DNA of 64,000 nucleotides. Origin: the human T2T-CHM13v2.0 reference genome, Homo sapiens. Numbering within the stretch: position 1 is the first letter of the stretch; each line of letters begins with the position of its first letter. The notes beneath the pieces were generated by a model. It was not told where the DNA came from and did no database searches. It was given only the letters and a program-made list of their open reading frames with translations. The stretch lies in NCBI RefSeq assembly GCF_009914755.1, contig NC_060931.1. The stretch is one strand, 5' to 3'. Below, piece by piece: positions 50,058-64,000 of the stretch. The position numbers were made by a program, and so were the translations under genes.

Positions 50058-50330
50058 CTAAATAAAAAACTGATATCTTTCTCAATTATACCTCAAAAAT
50101 AAATACAGAAATACAGTTGCATCTTTTAACAAATATGCACACAATTTAAAATGCATAATTTGGTTTTGTGTTTTTCTAATTGGTATTTATGACTTGAAAA
50201 AATAATAGGGTAGTGCATATAATGCCAAGTACAAAGGTTTTATCTAAGCTCAATTGAAAATAAAAATGTTTTAGAATAAAGCCAATAGAAAGATTTTTTT
50301 TTTTTGGATTTTTAGCTTCTGAATTCTAAC

Positions 50331-50379
50331 CTTCTTTATTCCCCATCTTCTTCTCTGTACTGTAAACCTCCACATTTGC
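50331..50379 (-). ncRNA. Candidate exon (49 nt)
   Basis: Acceptor tttttctgtcaccag|, purine-rich body (GAGAAGAAGATG) and a weaker donor AAG|gttaga. Confidence 0.3.
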
Positions 50380-52758
50380 CTGGTGACAGAAAAATCTTAA
50401 TCGTCAAGATTTTCCTATGAATATCTGACAGGGGATAAAAGTAGCATAAGTTTGAGGAAGGAACCATCATCTTCAGATTGAAATAATTCTTACTGGCTAG
50501 CAGAACAAACTCAACATCAGGCAGGCAGCCCCTATGCATACAGAAAATTATTTTCAAAGTAGTTTAGACGTAATCCTAAATAAACTTTTGGAGGCTTGAC
50601 CTATGAGGGATAATTCTGTCTGAGAGGCACAGTATAAAAGGCCCTAAGTGAAAGAGCCTGGCATAGAAAGAAAAAAAATGACTCGTTCCTAATTTCAATT
50701 TCATTTTGAGATTTTTCTACTTTAAAAAGTAAGTATACTTCAAAAATTTTACTAAAAAATAGAATTTTGAATAATATCCAAAAGTACCCATTTTGTTAGC
50801 AATTTCCTAAATTTGAAGTTTTGTATGATGTTGTTTCATCTGCCCATCTTTTTGCAAATTTTCTTAGAGTATAAACTTGGAAAAGTCAAGTGTATTTCTA
50901 AAAAAAAAATAAGGTACATTCAGATTTTGTATCAAGTGTATAATTATGAATAGTAATTATACACAGTATAGTCAAATACCATAGTAGAGTAAAATACATA
51001 ATCAAGTAAAATTACAAGATAAATAACCATATCTTCAAAATCCTTATTGGAAAAGTCATGATAATTACTATTTTTACAAAATTTAGATCTGTTTGTCTTT
51101 CACACATGAATTAATCAAATTCATTCAATAATTTCAATAATTTACCACACTCCAGTAAGTTTCCTGGAAACATATCTGTATATAAAATTTGGTACGGAAA
51201 GATTTTTTTGGCTCAAGACACGTTAAAATCAAGCTTAATACATCAGTAGAACAGATTATCCATTTTACTTTCTATATCTCCCTTAAGATAATCAACATTT
51301 GGGAGCTTAAATCCAGAAGCTGGGATGAGCTCCAGGATGGGAGGATGCAGGAAGGCAAGATGTAAGACAAATGTCCTTGTAGGTTAATATCATGCCAAAA
51401 TCCTACAGAACTGTCTCATGGGATTTTTAGTGCATCAGAGCCAGTTCTGAGGCTTACAGAAATCTCTGTATCTCTAATTGTTATATAATTATAGAGGAAT
51501 AATATCACACTGCTTTGATTTAGCAAATGGATTTTTTCCCAGCAAATTCTATATCAAGGTTCAGTTGAAACAGCTGTGCAGCTTCTGTGTGAACCAAACA
51601 AAGGTAGACCTTTAAAGAATAGACAAAATCCCATTTTTTTCTAAGCCCCTTTGAAACAGAAAAGAAGCACTTTTTTCCCCAATATGAATAATATGATGCT
51701 CTCACAAGGTCATTTTCAATAGAATAAATCATGTTACAGGGGGATTTTTTTTCCTCTACTTTTCTCTTATGATAGGAATATATGACTAAAATAGAGCAGA
51801 GAAGAATCACCTCCAGTTTTAGGGCACACTCTCCCTGTTCACAGCACCCCTTGTATTATCAATTTATAAAGCCCTTAGTCATACAGTACAGACCCTGGTA
51901 TAGAAGAGGCCCTTAGTAAATATGTGTTTACCTATCTAAATTCTTAGCACAAGTAATAATTATTTTTTAACTACATGTTTTAGTTTTGGACAGTACTGAA
52001 TGACTCTCAATACTAAAAAGTAAAAAAAAAAAAAAATGTAGCACTCATATACCCTACCTAACATCCCTAAGCTTCTTAATTTTTTAAATATCTAAATTAT
52101 GTCTTACTTAAATGAAAACTCAATTAAACCACATGTTATATACTTCCCAGGGTTACAAAAATAAATGTAATGCAGTCCTGGAAGCACAGCGGTGGGGAGA
52201 AGGAATGGCTACTGAAAGGCAGCAGTTGTCTCTTGAACACCAAAAGTTTTGAGAAAAAGTGACTTTGTTCCAAAGAATGTGTGAGAATACTCATATTAGT
52301 TAGAAGGGATGCAAAGACTTCTATAGTTGCCAGTATTCTAGAGTTGAGCTGATAGAGAAGATGAATCTAGAAGATAATAGTATTGGCATAAATGTAGACT
52401 CATTTATACCCATAGGCTAGTGGTAGCTGGGAAAATTCAAGTTACTTTAGAAAGACTCAGGTAAAGCTTTATTTCCTTCATCAATTTATCCAGGGACTTA
52501 ATTATGTGAGTAAAAAATGCAGTTGCTTAAAATAGTATCTGAAAACCAAAATGAATACAAGTGGTCTCATTTCACTAACTTCAGGGCTGCCAAGAGGATG
52601 CTTTTCAGAAATAAATATGTATGGAGGTATTGGCCACAGAACTAATAAGGTATCTTGAAAATTAACTTGTACCCTGTTTGCTATAGGGTATATGATAAGT
52701 AACCTTCTATAATCCTTCAATTGGTGGATCTAAATGTTGCAATTAAAAGAACAGTATT

Positions 52759-52986
52759 CTTTGATAATACAACAGGGTGACTATTGTCAATAATAACTGC
52801 ACATTTTTAAATAACTTAAAGAGTGTAATTGGATTGTTTGCAGCTCAATGAAAAAATGCTTGAGGGAATGGAAATCCATTTGTTCATGATGTGCTTATTT
52901 CATATTGTATGCCTGCATCAAAACATCTCACGTACCCCATAAATATATACACCTACTTTTTACCCACAAAAATTAAAAATAAAAAA
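52759..52986 (+). mobile_element. L1MA2/3 extreme 3' end
   Basis: CAACAGGGTGACTATTGTCAATAATAA...GTACCCCATAAATATATACACCTAC followed by an A tail. Confidence 0.85.
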
Positions 52987-53210
52987 TATTAGAAACAATA
53001 TTTTTTGAGCTGTCTTAAGACTCTAGGTACAATAGGTATTGTCTTTTCATAGTAAAGCTTTTTGGTTGTTGTTAAAACAGACTTCACAGTCACAAAGAAT
53101 ATTACACAAATTATGCCAATCTGAAGTTTTTATTTTATTCAAGAGATATTTTTGTCACTAATAAGAAGGCACAAGGTTGAAATATTGTATGAAATTTAAA
53201 AGATCATATA

Positions 53211-53282
53211 TTGAGTTGGTACAAAAGTGATTGCGGTTTTTGAAGTAATGGCAAAAGTCATGATTGTTTTGCACAAAACTAA
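53211..53282. mobile_element. MADE1 MITE (both arms, decayed)
   Basis: TTGAGTTGGTACAAAAGTGATTGCGGTTTTTG...CAAAAGTCATGATTGTTTTGCACAAAACTAA, flanked by TA. Confidence 0.8.
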
Positions 53283-55259
53283 TAAATAGAGAAGAAGAAA
53301 TTAAAATAAATTATGATATTCAGAAGCACAAATACAAAACACAATTGCCATTTTCAAAACTAGAGCCATCAACAATGTGGCATCAGCAAGTTTTGTTAAT
53401 CACATTAAGTGATACACACGGAAGTTTCTGCAAGGAATCCGAGGTCACATCCCTGAGCATCCTGACATTTGAGCATCTCTTCGATCAGTGACTATGAGAG
53501 CCAATCCTTAAAGCATCTCAGGCAATATCAGCCCAAATGTACTCTCCTCTTCCTTTTCACCATCTGCAGCCTGAAGGCAGCTTTTAGCAACTCTTTGCAA
53601 TGGGCTTTAAGGACCACCAGAGCTAACATGCTGCCAGAAAAACAATTCACAGAACTATTCCGTTTTGTTATTTAACAGGTATTGACTTTACAGATGTACC
53701 CTAGAAGGTGTTGTTTGTGAAAAAATATGAGAAAGTATGAATGATATTCCATACTTACTCATTTCCTTGCAGAAAGACTAAAGGTGTTGTGAGAAAGACT
53801 TAGAATGTATGGAAGCTTTAACAGAGAAATAAAGAAATATAAACATTTCTTGCAAAGGAAAAAAACTCTTCAGTTTTGAATAAGTGATCAACATGTTATA
53901 TGTATCATATTTGAAATGGAAGATAGAAGAGGCACAAAAAAATTTCCATATCCATGACACTGAGATTCATTAATATTTCCTCCACTCTTCTCTGTTCATT
54001 TTTGTCATGAAAGAAATGTCACACATGTTTTCCTTATAAAAACTGCTGCATCAGAACACTTTTGGAGAATTAAAAGAAACTTTAAAGTCCTAAAAATAAC
54101 AATTTATTGAGGAATAATTATCTTGTTTCTGTTGCCAACCACTCCTCCCTAAGGAGAAAGGATTCAGCACTTATTTAAGACAATTAAAAACTATACCTGG
54201 CAAAATATTGTAAAGCTTTTAGTGGCAAATTTCAAAGAGAAAATGCTCTAGTGTAGTAAAAAGCCAATAAGTTTCAATGCAATTTGCCTTTAGCGAAAAT
54301 CACATTTAAAAACTTCCTTTTTGTACTGTACCTTGAGGATTTTCATAAGAGTACTTAAACATGAGAATTTGTACACATGAGAGAACATACTGTTAACAGC
54401 TGTCTTTGTATACTTACAAGGGAACAATTTATGACAGCTTTTGAAATAATTTTAATAGTAAGGAGGGAATTAAGAAGAAAGGAAAATCTTGCTTATGTTG
54501 TTTGTATAATGAAGAATTGAAATAAGTTTTGAAGGGACAACCTCTTTATTAATGGTAAATACAGTCTAGTAATGTTATTGGAGCTATCATATGCATTATT
54601 GCCAAAAACATAGTGAGAAAGTCTAGGATGAGCATTCTTTTGCATGAGATGTATCAAAAACAAACTGAGATCTGGGTGGAGATGACATTGTATGATAGAA
54701 GGAGGTAATTATTCATTGGCCTCAGTATATCTGTCAAAATGGTTCTGCAAATGAGCTAACAACCAGAGAAATATACCTTTCCAGAAACAAATATTACGTG
54801 TTATGAAACAGTTAATCACCATTATTCTCCTCCTCCCCTTCCTCCCCATCATCATCCTAATGGCTATCATTTATTGAGCCTCCCATATATCAAAAGCAAA
54901 CCTCAGGATAAAAATAAAGAAGTCCAGTGGCAGTCAGCTTATCTTAAAGGTCCTCCTCCATGAAATTTCAACTTATCCTGTGGTCATTGTTTCTACAACA
55001 CTCTGGAGTCTTTAACAATATAATCTTTATGATTTATTTGGATTTTTCCAGTTGTTCTGGGAGAAGTGGGTTTATCCTATCCATTAACTGAAGTTTGTTA
55101 TGATCTTTTATTTGTAGATTTCGTGTACAAAGCCTATTAAGTTGACTTCATTCTCACTGAAATCAGAGGCTGTGTCTTATTTGTCTTTTTCGTTTGACAT
55201 ATGAAAGACATTTACTAAAGTATGATAAATTACTAAATGATGATATAAACAAATAAATG

Positions 55260-55500
55260 ATGGGCAGGCTTATTTGGTTAGAACACTGATTTTACTCCAG
55301 ATTAGAATTGATTTGAATTTTGTATCTTTCATAAGTAGAATTTAGACTTGGGGTAATAACTGCATATAGCATGGAATTTCTCAACTGTATTGTTAATATC
55401 TTTGCTAAGTAGATTTGCACGGATTAAATGAGATCATTACATGTGAAAGATGTAGCAGAAAGCTTGGCATAATAGGTGGTAATTGCTGAGTATTCATTCT
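55260..55500 (+). mobile_element. MIR
   Basis: GGTTAGAACACTGATTT...GGATTAAATGAGATCATTACATGTGAAAG. Confidence 0.6.
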
Positions 55501-56109
55501 GATTTTTAAGCTATGTGCCACTCACTGAATTTCCAAAAAAAGACATTGGAATCTTGAATCTTGACAGAAATGTTTAAATGAGAGTCACCTGGTCAATACA
55601 TTTGTAAAATATTCTGATATTTCTTTAAAACTTGGGACTTAAGAAAGACAACAATGAGGTTAAAAGAGAATGAGTAAATCTAAATTCCTAAATATAATAT
55701 TAATTAAATCGTTCATCCAAGCAGTTGTTTACACGTAAGTCACCAATAACACCCAGTGTGAGGCTAGTATGATTTGCCACATTTCCACATTGACAACATT
55801 ACCAATTTCCATGTCGTGAGCTACAGAAAATCTATCCAAATGTGACTAAGAAAAATGTTTTTCTTCTGGTCTTCCTTTATTATCCATTACTCTTTTTATT
55901 CACACACTGACTTGTGCAATCTCTGACAAACCAGCCATTTCTGTTCATCAGTTTTGGTGTCAATTAAGGTGAACTCACAATCTCTCTATTGTTCTCTACT
56001 TTCATATTTCCAGTACAGAGTATATATCAACCAGCTACTCTGTTATGATTGCTCTTGCACAGAAATCTTCACTTTTTCAATATGACTGTAATTGCTGACT
56101 GCAAAGCAG

Positions 56110-57090
56110 GAGTCAGAAACTCAAGCATAGAAGGCAGAGTGTTTGGATTTTAAGCTCCATCCTGAACTGGGTGCCTTTGCACAAATTACATAACCTCTCT
56201 GGGGCATAGCTTCTCCATCTGAAAAATAAGGCTAAAAATAGTACTCAGGAAATGTAAATCAAAACCACAATGAGATACCACCTCATACCCATAAGTATGG
56301 CTACTATCAAACAAAAGCTAGAAAATAACAAGTGCTGGTGAGCATGCTGAGAAATTGGAACCCTGTGAATATAAAACAGTGCAGCCACTTTGGAAAACAA
56401 CGTGGTAGTTTCTTAGAAAAAGTAAAAATACAACTACCCCATGACCTAGCAACTCTACTCTTAAGAATTGAAAGCAGAATCTCAGATACTTGCAAGGCTG
56501 TGCTCGTAACACCACTATTCACAATAACCAAGAAGCAGAAGCAACTCTAGGGTCCATCAACAGATGAGTAGATAAACAAAATGTGTTATATGCATGCAAT
56601 GGGTTATTCAGCCTTAAAAAGGAAATAAATCTTCACTTATGCTACAACATGAATGAACCATGAGGACATTATACTAAGTGAAATTAATCACTCACAAAGA
56701 CAAAGACTATATGACTCCACTTATATGAGGCATCTAGAGTAGTCAAATTCATAGAAACAAAGTAAGACAGTAATTGCCAGGGACTTCAGAGAGATGAAAA
56801 TAAGGAGTTGTGTAATTAGTGTAGACTTTCAGTTTTGCCAAATAAAAAATGTTCTGGATATTGGTTGCACAACAATGTGGATACACTCAACACTACTGAA
56901 TTGTACACTTAGAAATTATTAAGGGGGTAAATTTTATGTTATACAGCATTTACTACAGCAAAATTAACATTTAAAAAATAGTACCCAGCTTATGAGGCTA
57001 ATGTGAAAATTAAATTATATATGTACAATGCTTAGAAAAATTCCTGAAACATTGTATATGCTCAGTAACTTTTGATGATCATTATTACTG
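56110..57090 (+). mobile_element. MIR interrupted by an L1MB 3' end (L1MB at 56249-56973)
   Basis: The MIR halves flank the L1MB. TSD AAAAATAGTACTCAG (56234-56248) / AAAAATAGTACCCAG (56974-56988). Confidence 0.85.
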
Positions 57091-59466
57091 AATTTTTGTT
57101 AATTACAGCATTTCCTTTTATTAATGATGTGTTTTGCTGAACACTGCTAGATAGTGGATGTGTTTTATACAATTTGCTTTTATAATGGAAGAGTGATTCC
57201 AGGTTTACTCAATCCAGGAAGCACACTCACAGTATGCTTGAGTCATGGCTTGATTCCCACCATCAGAAACTTCTGACTCTTTCACACCTGGATTTTTCTG
57301 TACAGCTATTTCACTTATATTATGCATAGACTATGAAAATTCATCTAGAGAAAATCTCAGCTTATAATACATATTTTCTGTGTGATTTTTTCCAAAGTCA
57401 CCCAGTTCAGAATGGTACTTTAATGGGCTACTTTAAAAATATTACCTAATTTTTATTTATAGAAGTTTGTAGACAAGAGGTATTTTCTTTGATTTCACTC
57501 TCGGGATATACTATTTTTGACCACCTTTTGTCTCTTCACTTATAGTTTGTGGAAAAAAAGGATAAAATTAAAATTAACTCATTTTTCATGTTTAGCAAGT
57601 TTTTTTTCATTGCACCCATGAAACAGCTGTGATTTCTATCATGATTTGTTATTTTTATATGTTATGGTAGAATTTATAGTTTTGTCTTGTTTGCAAGCTT
57701 ACTGAGAGTGCCTTTTGCATATGATTAAGAATTGCTTTGCAATCTATTCCTAGGTTACCATTTCCATAATAGTGTGTACTAGCCTGCTGTCACTCTCCAG
57801 TCTGTTGCTATAAAATATATACATTGTTCTGAGACATAAATCTTCATCTTCAGTGGTGTAATTGGGGTATAGATGAGTAATCTAAATTTTTCAGATGAAA
57901 AAGCAAGTAAAAATCTATCCTACAAAATGTCATAACATGCTATATACCTGAAAATAGAACTCTTACGGAACCCCCTTCATCACTGTAGCAGCTGTGATAG
58001 TAATCATTTTTAAATGATGTACTCCACTGAAAGGAGTTGATCACATACTTTATGCAAAGTTAGAGTACCCAAATATATCTACTTGTCTTGTTTTGTCATC
58101 AGATGAATGAAAGCTTATCTTCTGCTCTTTATGAAGTCTAAAGAAATTCTATACACCTCATCAATGTAAAACAGTTTCTACCCTTGAAATCTAGCACTGA
58201 ATTATTCAGCTGTGATCTTCATGTTTCATTTCTTCCTCAAGCACAACAATCTATCAATACATGTAAACATCACGCAGGTTTAAAAAATAGTGATTCTAAA
58301 AGCTCCTCATTAACTATGGCAGACTTTGTTATTAATGAATTTGAGTCCATGTGAGAATGTGATTTTTTTTCTCTTAAAATATTTCTGTAGAACTACTAGA
58401 TTTTCTCTATCTCTCTACCTGTAAATCACAGTGAATCAAATTATTTTTACTGGGTTGGGGACCCTATCATTTTGAAAAATGTAATGGGGCAATAAAGATG
58501 ATGTGTCTACTACACATCTATTTTACAGATCTGGAATGGACAGTTTCAACAGAAAATGTTCCTTCTGCATCTACAGAAAAACAAGTTTCTTCTAAAAATA
58601 TTCACTCACTTAACACAAGCTCCACCTTTTTAAAAAGGGCATGCATCACTGCCTAGAGAAAATCCCACATGCATACTCCTACACTTTACCTTATTTTGGC
58701 TCTAATCACATAGGTTAATATGTTTACCTTTAACCACATTTCACAGGATACCTGATTCTCCCATAAACTCTAACGTACTCTCCTCCAGTACCTAAGGCTT
58801 ACCTTTTTGTTATCCAAAGTAGCCTATTTTGCTGGAATCCAGGTACAAAATTACCTTCCACCGTTTTGTCCTCTATTATTTGTATTCTGCCTTAAATTTT
58901 CTTTCTTTGTATCCACTCCCTGCCCCTGATTCCCCATTAGCAGAGAAACCCTTGTGGAAAAAAAAAATCCACATAGACAATTACCACCCACAAACTTCTC
59001 CAGATTTCAACTGTCACCCAGATTGACTACTAAGCATGTCTTATTTTCTTTGCATAACACAGGTCCTGTGTGCTGAACCTCTTAGGTCTGCTTTTCTTTT
59101 GCTGTGCTTTCAAATTTGGGCCAGATTTCCCAGATCTGTCCCTAGAAGCAGGTTTTACCTTATTCTCTGATCATCTTTTCTCTTTGACAGAGTTGCGTTC
59201 ATAGGAATTTTTTACATACCTCATGATTATGCCTGTCTGGTGGCATGAGTCATAGGAAGAACAAATTTAGACTTGACTCCAACTTAGTCATTTTAGTATA
59301 AATCTTATGCTAAATATAAATCATATATGGCTGTGTGTATACATATATAATATTATGCTGGATTATCTTTTAAACAATTATTGCAAAAGGTATGTCAATA
59401 TAGCAAATAATCACTAAATTCCAAACCGATAACATGTATGCTTACTGTTTTTGTTTGTATAACTAC

Positions 59467-60173
<707 letters not shown>

Positions 60174-61127
60174 ACTAAATAGTAAAATTATTATGGCTAT
60201 TCTTATTTACTGTTAATTAAATATTTAAGTTTCTTATAGAGTAAGTCTGTGCTTTAAGCAAGGCCTCAAGTGAACTAGTTTAATTCAGATTCAAATCCCA
60301 TTTTATTCAGTTCCAAATTATCTACTTTCTATTGTCTTTAACAATATAATTTCTTCTCTTGATAAATTTCATTATGTTCTTATAATGTTAGATTGTCTAT
60401 TATAAGAATCATAAAAAGCTATCATTTATTAAACTTCATAATACTATAATCTTATTTAATTTTCATACCTGTAAAAGATAAGTTCCTTAAATGCTATAAA
60501 AGAACAAGAAGAAGCTATAAAATTAGGTAAGTCACCAGGTCAGACTACAAAGGCCATGCTCTTTCTGCTCTCCTGTTCCATTTTTCATAAACCTGGGAAC
60601 TTTATCTCTTCTTTATCCTGTTCAACACCTATTAAATTTATTCAGAGTGACAATTACTTCAAACCTCTTTAAGAGCTTATCTAGTTATTTACATATGAGA
60701 CAGCATGGAAGCGGTAATATACCACAACCAGAGTCAGGCAATACAAACAGGTAGACTTAATCTTGTCCTCCCCAAAGTGTCACTCACCTTTATTGGGACC
60801 CCTTGCAAGCATAAACACATTTTTGGACCTTCAGTTGTGCCAACACCACTAGTATTTACATATGGTTAAACAGAAAAAGAAAATGTAAGGCTAAAATCAA
60901 ATATGTATTCCACTACATCTTAAAATGTTTTTATTGTATTAATCTAAATGGGGCATACATACTACAAACATTTGTTTATATTACTCTTTGACTTATGTAC
61001 TTTATAAAAACTATAATTATATACATTATAAACATACATTAGAAATACATTGTAATTATACACAGTATAAATATGTACCTATTAACGTATGTGCATACAT
61101 TAAAATGCTTTTTAAATTTTTATTGCT

Positions 61128-61256
61128 GGCCAGATGTGGTGGCTCTTCTCTGTAATCCCAGCACTTTGGGAGGCTAAGGCAGGATAATTGCTTGAGGCTA
61201 GGAGTGCAAGACCACCCTGGCCAACACGGTGAGATCACATCTCTACCAAAAAAAAG
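61128..61256 (+). mobile_element. FLAM/AluJ left monomer
   Basis: Single Alu monomer with an A tail; TATTGC on both flanks. Confidence 0.88.
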
Positions 61257-61699
61257 TATTGCCAATGTTAAATTTGAACAACACTCAAAGTAATCCTGTC
61301 CTGCCCCTTCTACCACACACCCACTTCCTTACATGCATGCACACAGACACACACACACACACAGAGCAAGTGCAAGCCAAAAGTAAGTTTTCTCTAAGGA
61401 TTAACAATGTCACTGTACATTCTTTAATGATTCACATGTTAATCATTGATTATGAGCCCTCTCTACTGGGATTCATATTATATATGCCCATTTGTTGATA
61501 TTAAATGTATCATATAACTTAATCTCTTCCAGCTCTAAATAAGGAAAACTCCTATTTAAATTGGCTTAAAGGCATCTACATTTGTTGTTTTAAAAGCAGA
61601 GAAACAGTGTTCAAAGAAAAATAATGCAATCCAGAATATCTACAAGTTACCATAAACAAGCTACATATAGTGGGAAATTTTCTTACTTAGTGCCTTTTA

Positions 61700-62380
61700 T
61701 CTAAGCCTACAACTAGGATCATGATCAACAGTGAAAAACTAAATGCTTTCTACTAAAAATCAAGAACAAATAAACAATATCTATACTCACTATTTCTTTT
61801 TAACATTATTGTTAGCACAATAAAGCAAGAAAATGAAGTACAAATGAAATGAAAATGAAATGCAAATCAATTGGAAAGGAAGAATTTAAGTGATATTTAT
61901 TTGCAGATGACATAATTATGTATAGTTAATCCAAGAGTCTATGAAATAACTACTGAAACTAATAAGTGAATTTAACATGTTACAGAATATAAGGTTAATA
62001 TAAAAATTAATTACATTTCTATACCTGCAATGAACAATTAGAAGATGAAATGATATGTTGTGTTTATAGGTGGAAAATTAAATATTGTTAAGATAGTGAT
62101 ATTGCTAAGCTGAAGAAGTCAAATACAAAAGAATACCTATTTATTATACACTTACAAAATTTTGAAAAACACAAAAAATAGTGACAGAAAAACAAATCAG
62201 TGATGGTCAGAGGTTGAGTGAGAATGGAGGGAGGAGGTCAACTGCAGAAGGACAGCAAGAAAATTTTAGAGTGAGGAGGGTGATCTCTCTCTTGGTTATG
62301 GTGGTTACTACATGATCCTATAAAACTACCCCACTGAAAATGATGTAAACGTATTGAATATTATAACTAAATGACAAAAC
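61700..62380 (+). mobile_element. Decayed L1M fragments
   Basis: GTGAAAAACTAAATGCTTTCTACTAA...TATTTGCAGATGACATAATT. Confidence 0.6.
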
Positions 62381-62454
62381 TGGTAATACAAATATGAAAA
62401 AGGTAAATAGGCATGAAACACTGAATTTACTATGATTTTTAATCAAAAATTTAT

Positions 62455-62807
62455 AATTTCTTTATTTCCATAGTTTATGCAAAACAGGTGGTATTTGGTT
62501 ACACGAATAAGTTATTTAGTGGTGATTTCTGAGGTTTCAGTGCACCCATCACCAAGCAGTGTATACTGTACCCAATGTGTAGTCTTTTGTACCTTACCCC
62601 CTTCCCACCCTTCCCCCAGAGCCCCCAGAGTTCATTATATCATTCTTATGCTTTTGTATCCTTGTAGCTTAGCTCCCACTTATAAAAAAGTGAGAACATA
62701 CGCTGCTTGGTTTTCTAAATTGCTTCACTTATAATAGTCTTCAACTCTATTCAGGTTGCTGCAAATGCCATTATTTCATTTTTTTATGGCTGAGTGGTAT
62801 TCCATGA
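62455..62807 (-). mobile_element. L1PB 3' end
   Basis: Same motifs as the 25702 element (TTAGTGGTGATTT...GCTGCAAATGCCATTATTTCATT...TATGGCTGAG). Confidence 0.9.
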
Positions 62808-63749
62808 GATATATGTAGATATACATATAGATATATGTGTGTATATATATGATATATATACATATATGTGCATACATGTGTGTATATATACGATATATAT
62901 ACATATATGTGCATACATATGTGTGTATATATACGATATATACATATATGTGTATACATGTGTATATATACTATATATGTGTATATATACTATATATGTG
63001 TATACATATGTGTGTATATATGATATATACATATATGTATACGTGTGTATATATGATACATACATATATGTATACATGTGTGTATATATGATACATACAT
63101 ATATGCGTATACATGTGTGTATACATGATACATACATATATGTGTATACACGTGTGTGTATACATGATATATACATATATGTGTATACACGTGTGTATAC
63201 ATGATATACACACACGTGTATACACGTGTGTATACATGATATACACACACGTGTATACACGTGTGTATACATGATATACACACACGTGTATACACGTGTG
63301 TATACATGATATACACACACGTGTATACACGTGTGTATACATGATATACACACACGTGTATACACGTGTGTATACATGATATACACACACGTGTGTATAT
63401 ATGATATATACATACGTGTATACATATGCGTATATATGATATATATACACATATATGTGTACACATATATGTGTGTATATGATATATATACATATATGTG
63501 TACACATATATGTGTGTGTATATGATATATATACATATATGTGTACACATATATGTGTGTGTATATGATATATATACATATATGTGTACACATATATGTG
63601 TGTGTATATGATATATATACATATATGTGTACACATATATGTGTGTATATGATATATATACATATATGTGTACACATATATGTGTGTGTATATGATATAT
63701 ATACATATATGTGTACACATATATGTGTGTATATATGATATATATATAT
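62808..63749. repeat. Complex alternating purine-pyrimidine VNTR (35-bp and 41/43-bp units)
   Basis: Six perfect copies of GTGTATACACGTGTGTATACATGATATACACACAC at 63181-63390, and 41/43-bp units GATATATATACATATATGTGTACACATATATGTGTG(TG)TATAT at 63481-63734. Confidence 0.97.
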
Positions 63750-64000
63750 TTTTTTAACATAAAGCAGTCTATTTTTCTTAAAAAGAAGGTACATGGTCAC
63801 AATCCAAAATGTTTTATACAGCTCTCAGCCTGGAAAATGCAATTAATGAAAAAGGCACTGTTTCTAGAACAGATAGAAAAAGAATAAATATGTCACCATT
63901 TACCCTGCACAGCTTTGAGTAACACCATAGGATCCTGTCACATGTTCAGGGTCAATTTTAAAAGCTTGAGAAGGTGAAGACATAGCAAGGTGATGTCGTA

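Noticed and set aside
50632-50645. Perfect TATAAAAG box
   Set aside because: Sits in L2-like sequence (AAAGGCCCTAAG...AGAGCCTGGC) with no CpG or initiator context.
63181-63734. Regularly spaced ~35-43-bp repeats resembling a CRISPR array
   Set aside because: No unique spacers and no cas genes; this is a eukaryotic tandem repeat.
62771-63800. Long ORFs (338, 256, 249 and 136 aa) rich in Y/I/H/T/C/V/M
   Set aside because: Artefacts of the alternating purine-pyrimidine repeat, which rarely produces stop codons.

Overview
AT-rich, repeat-dense human genomic DNA, intergenic or deep intronic. An almost-consensus AluYa5 and a 968-bp HERV-K LTR5_Hs point to Homo sapiens. I recognise no protein-coding gene, tRNA, rRNA or CRISPR array. 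The ORFs I can explain come from Alu, L1, MaLR or simple-repeat sequence; the rest look like short chance ORFs. Roughly half the window is transposon-derived: Alus, L1PA/PB/MA/MB/ME, solo LTRs (LTR8, MER67, LTR5_Hs, MER31-like, MER9), one full-length and two solo MST MaLRs, Tigger2a, MER2, MADE1, Charlie, MIR and L2. The most notable observations are: (1) a ~940-bp palindromic, E-box-rich alternating purine/pyrimidine VNTR grown from an L1PB seed site; (2) a set of minus-strand exon-like segments, plus two antisense Alus with splice-activating mutations, suggesting a spliced non-coding transcript that crosses an LTR cluster; (3) young LTR5_Hs and AluYa5 insertions; (4) fossil retrotransposition signatures: two twin-primed L1 inversions and two short 3' transductions. 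I found no convincing evidence of a new biological system. Subfamily names come from recalled consensus sequences, and old-repeat boundaries are approximate.
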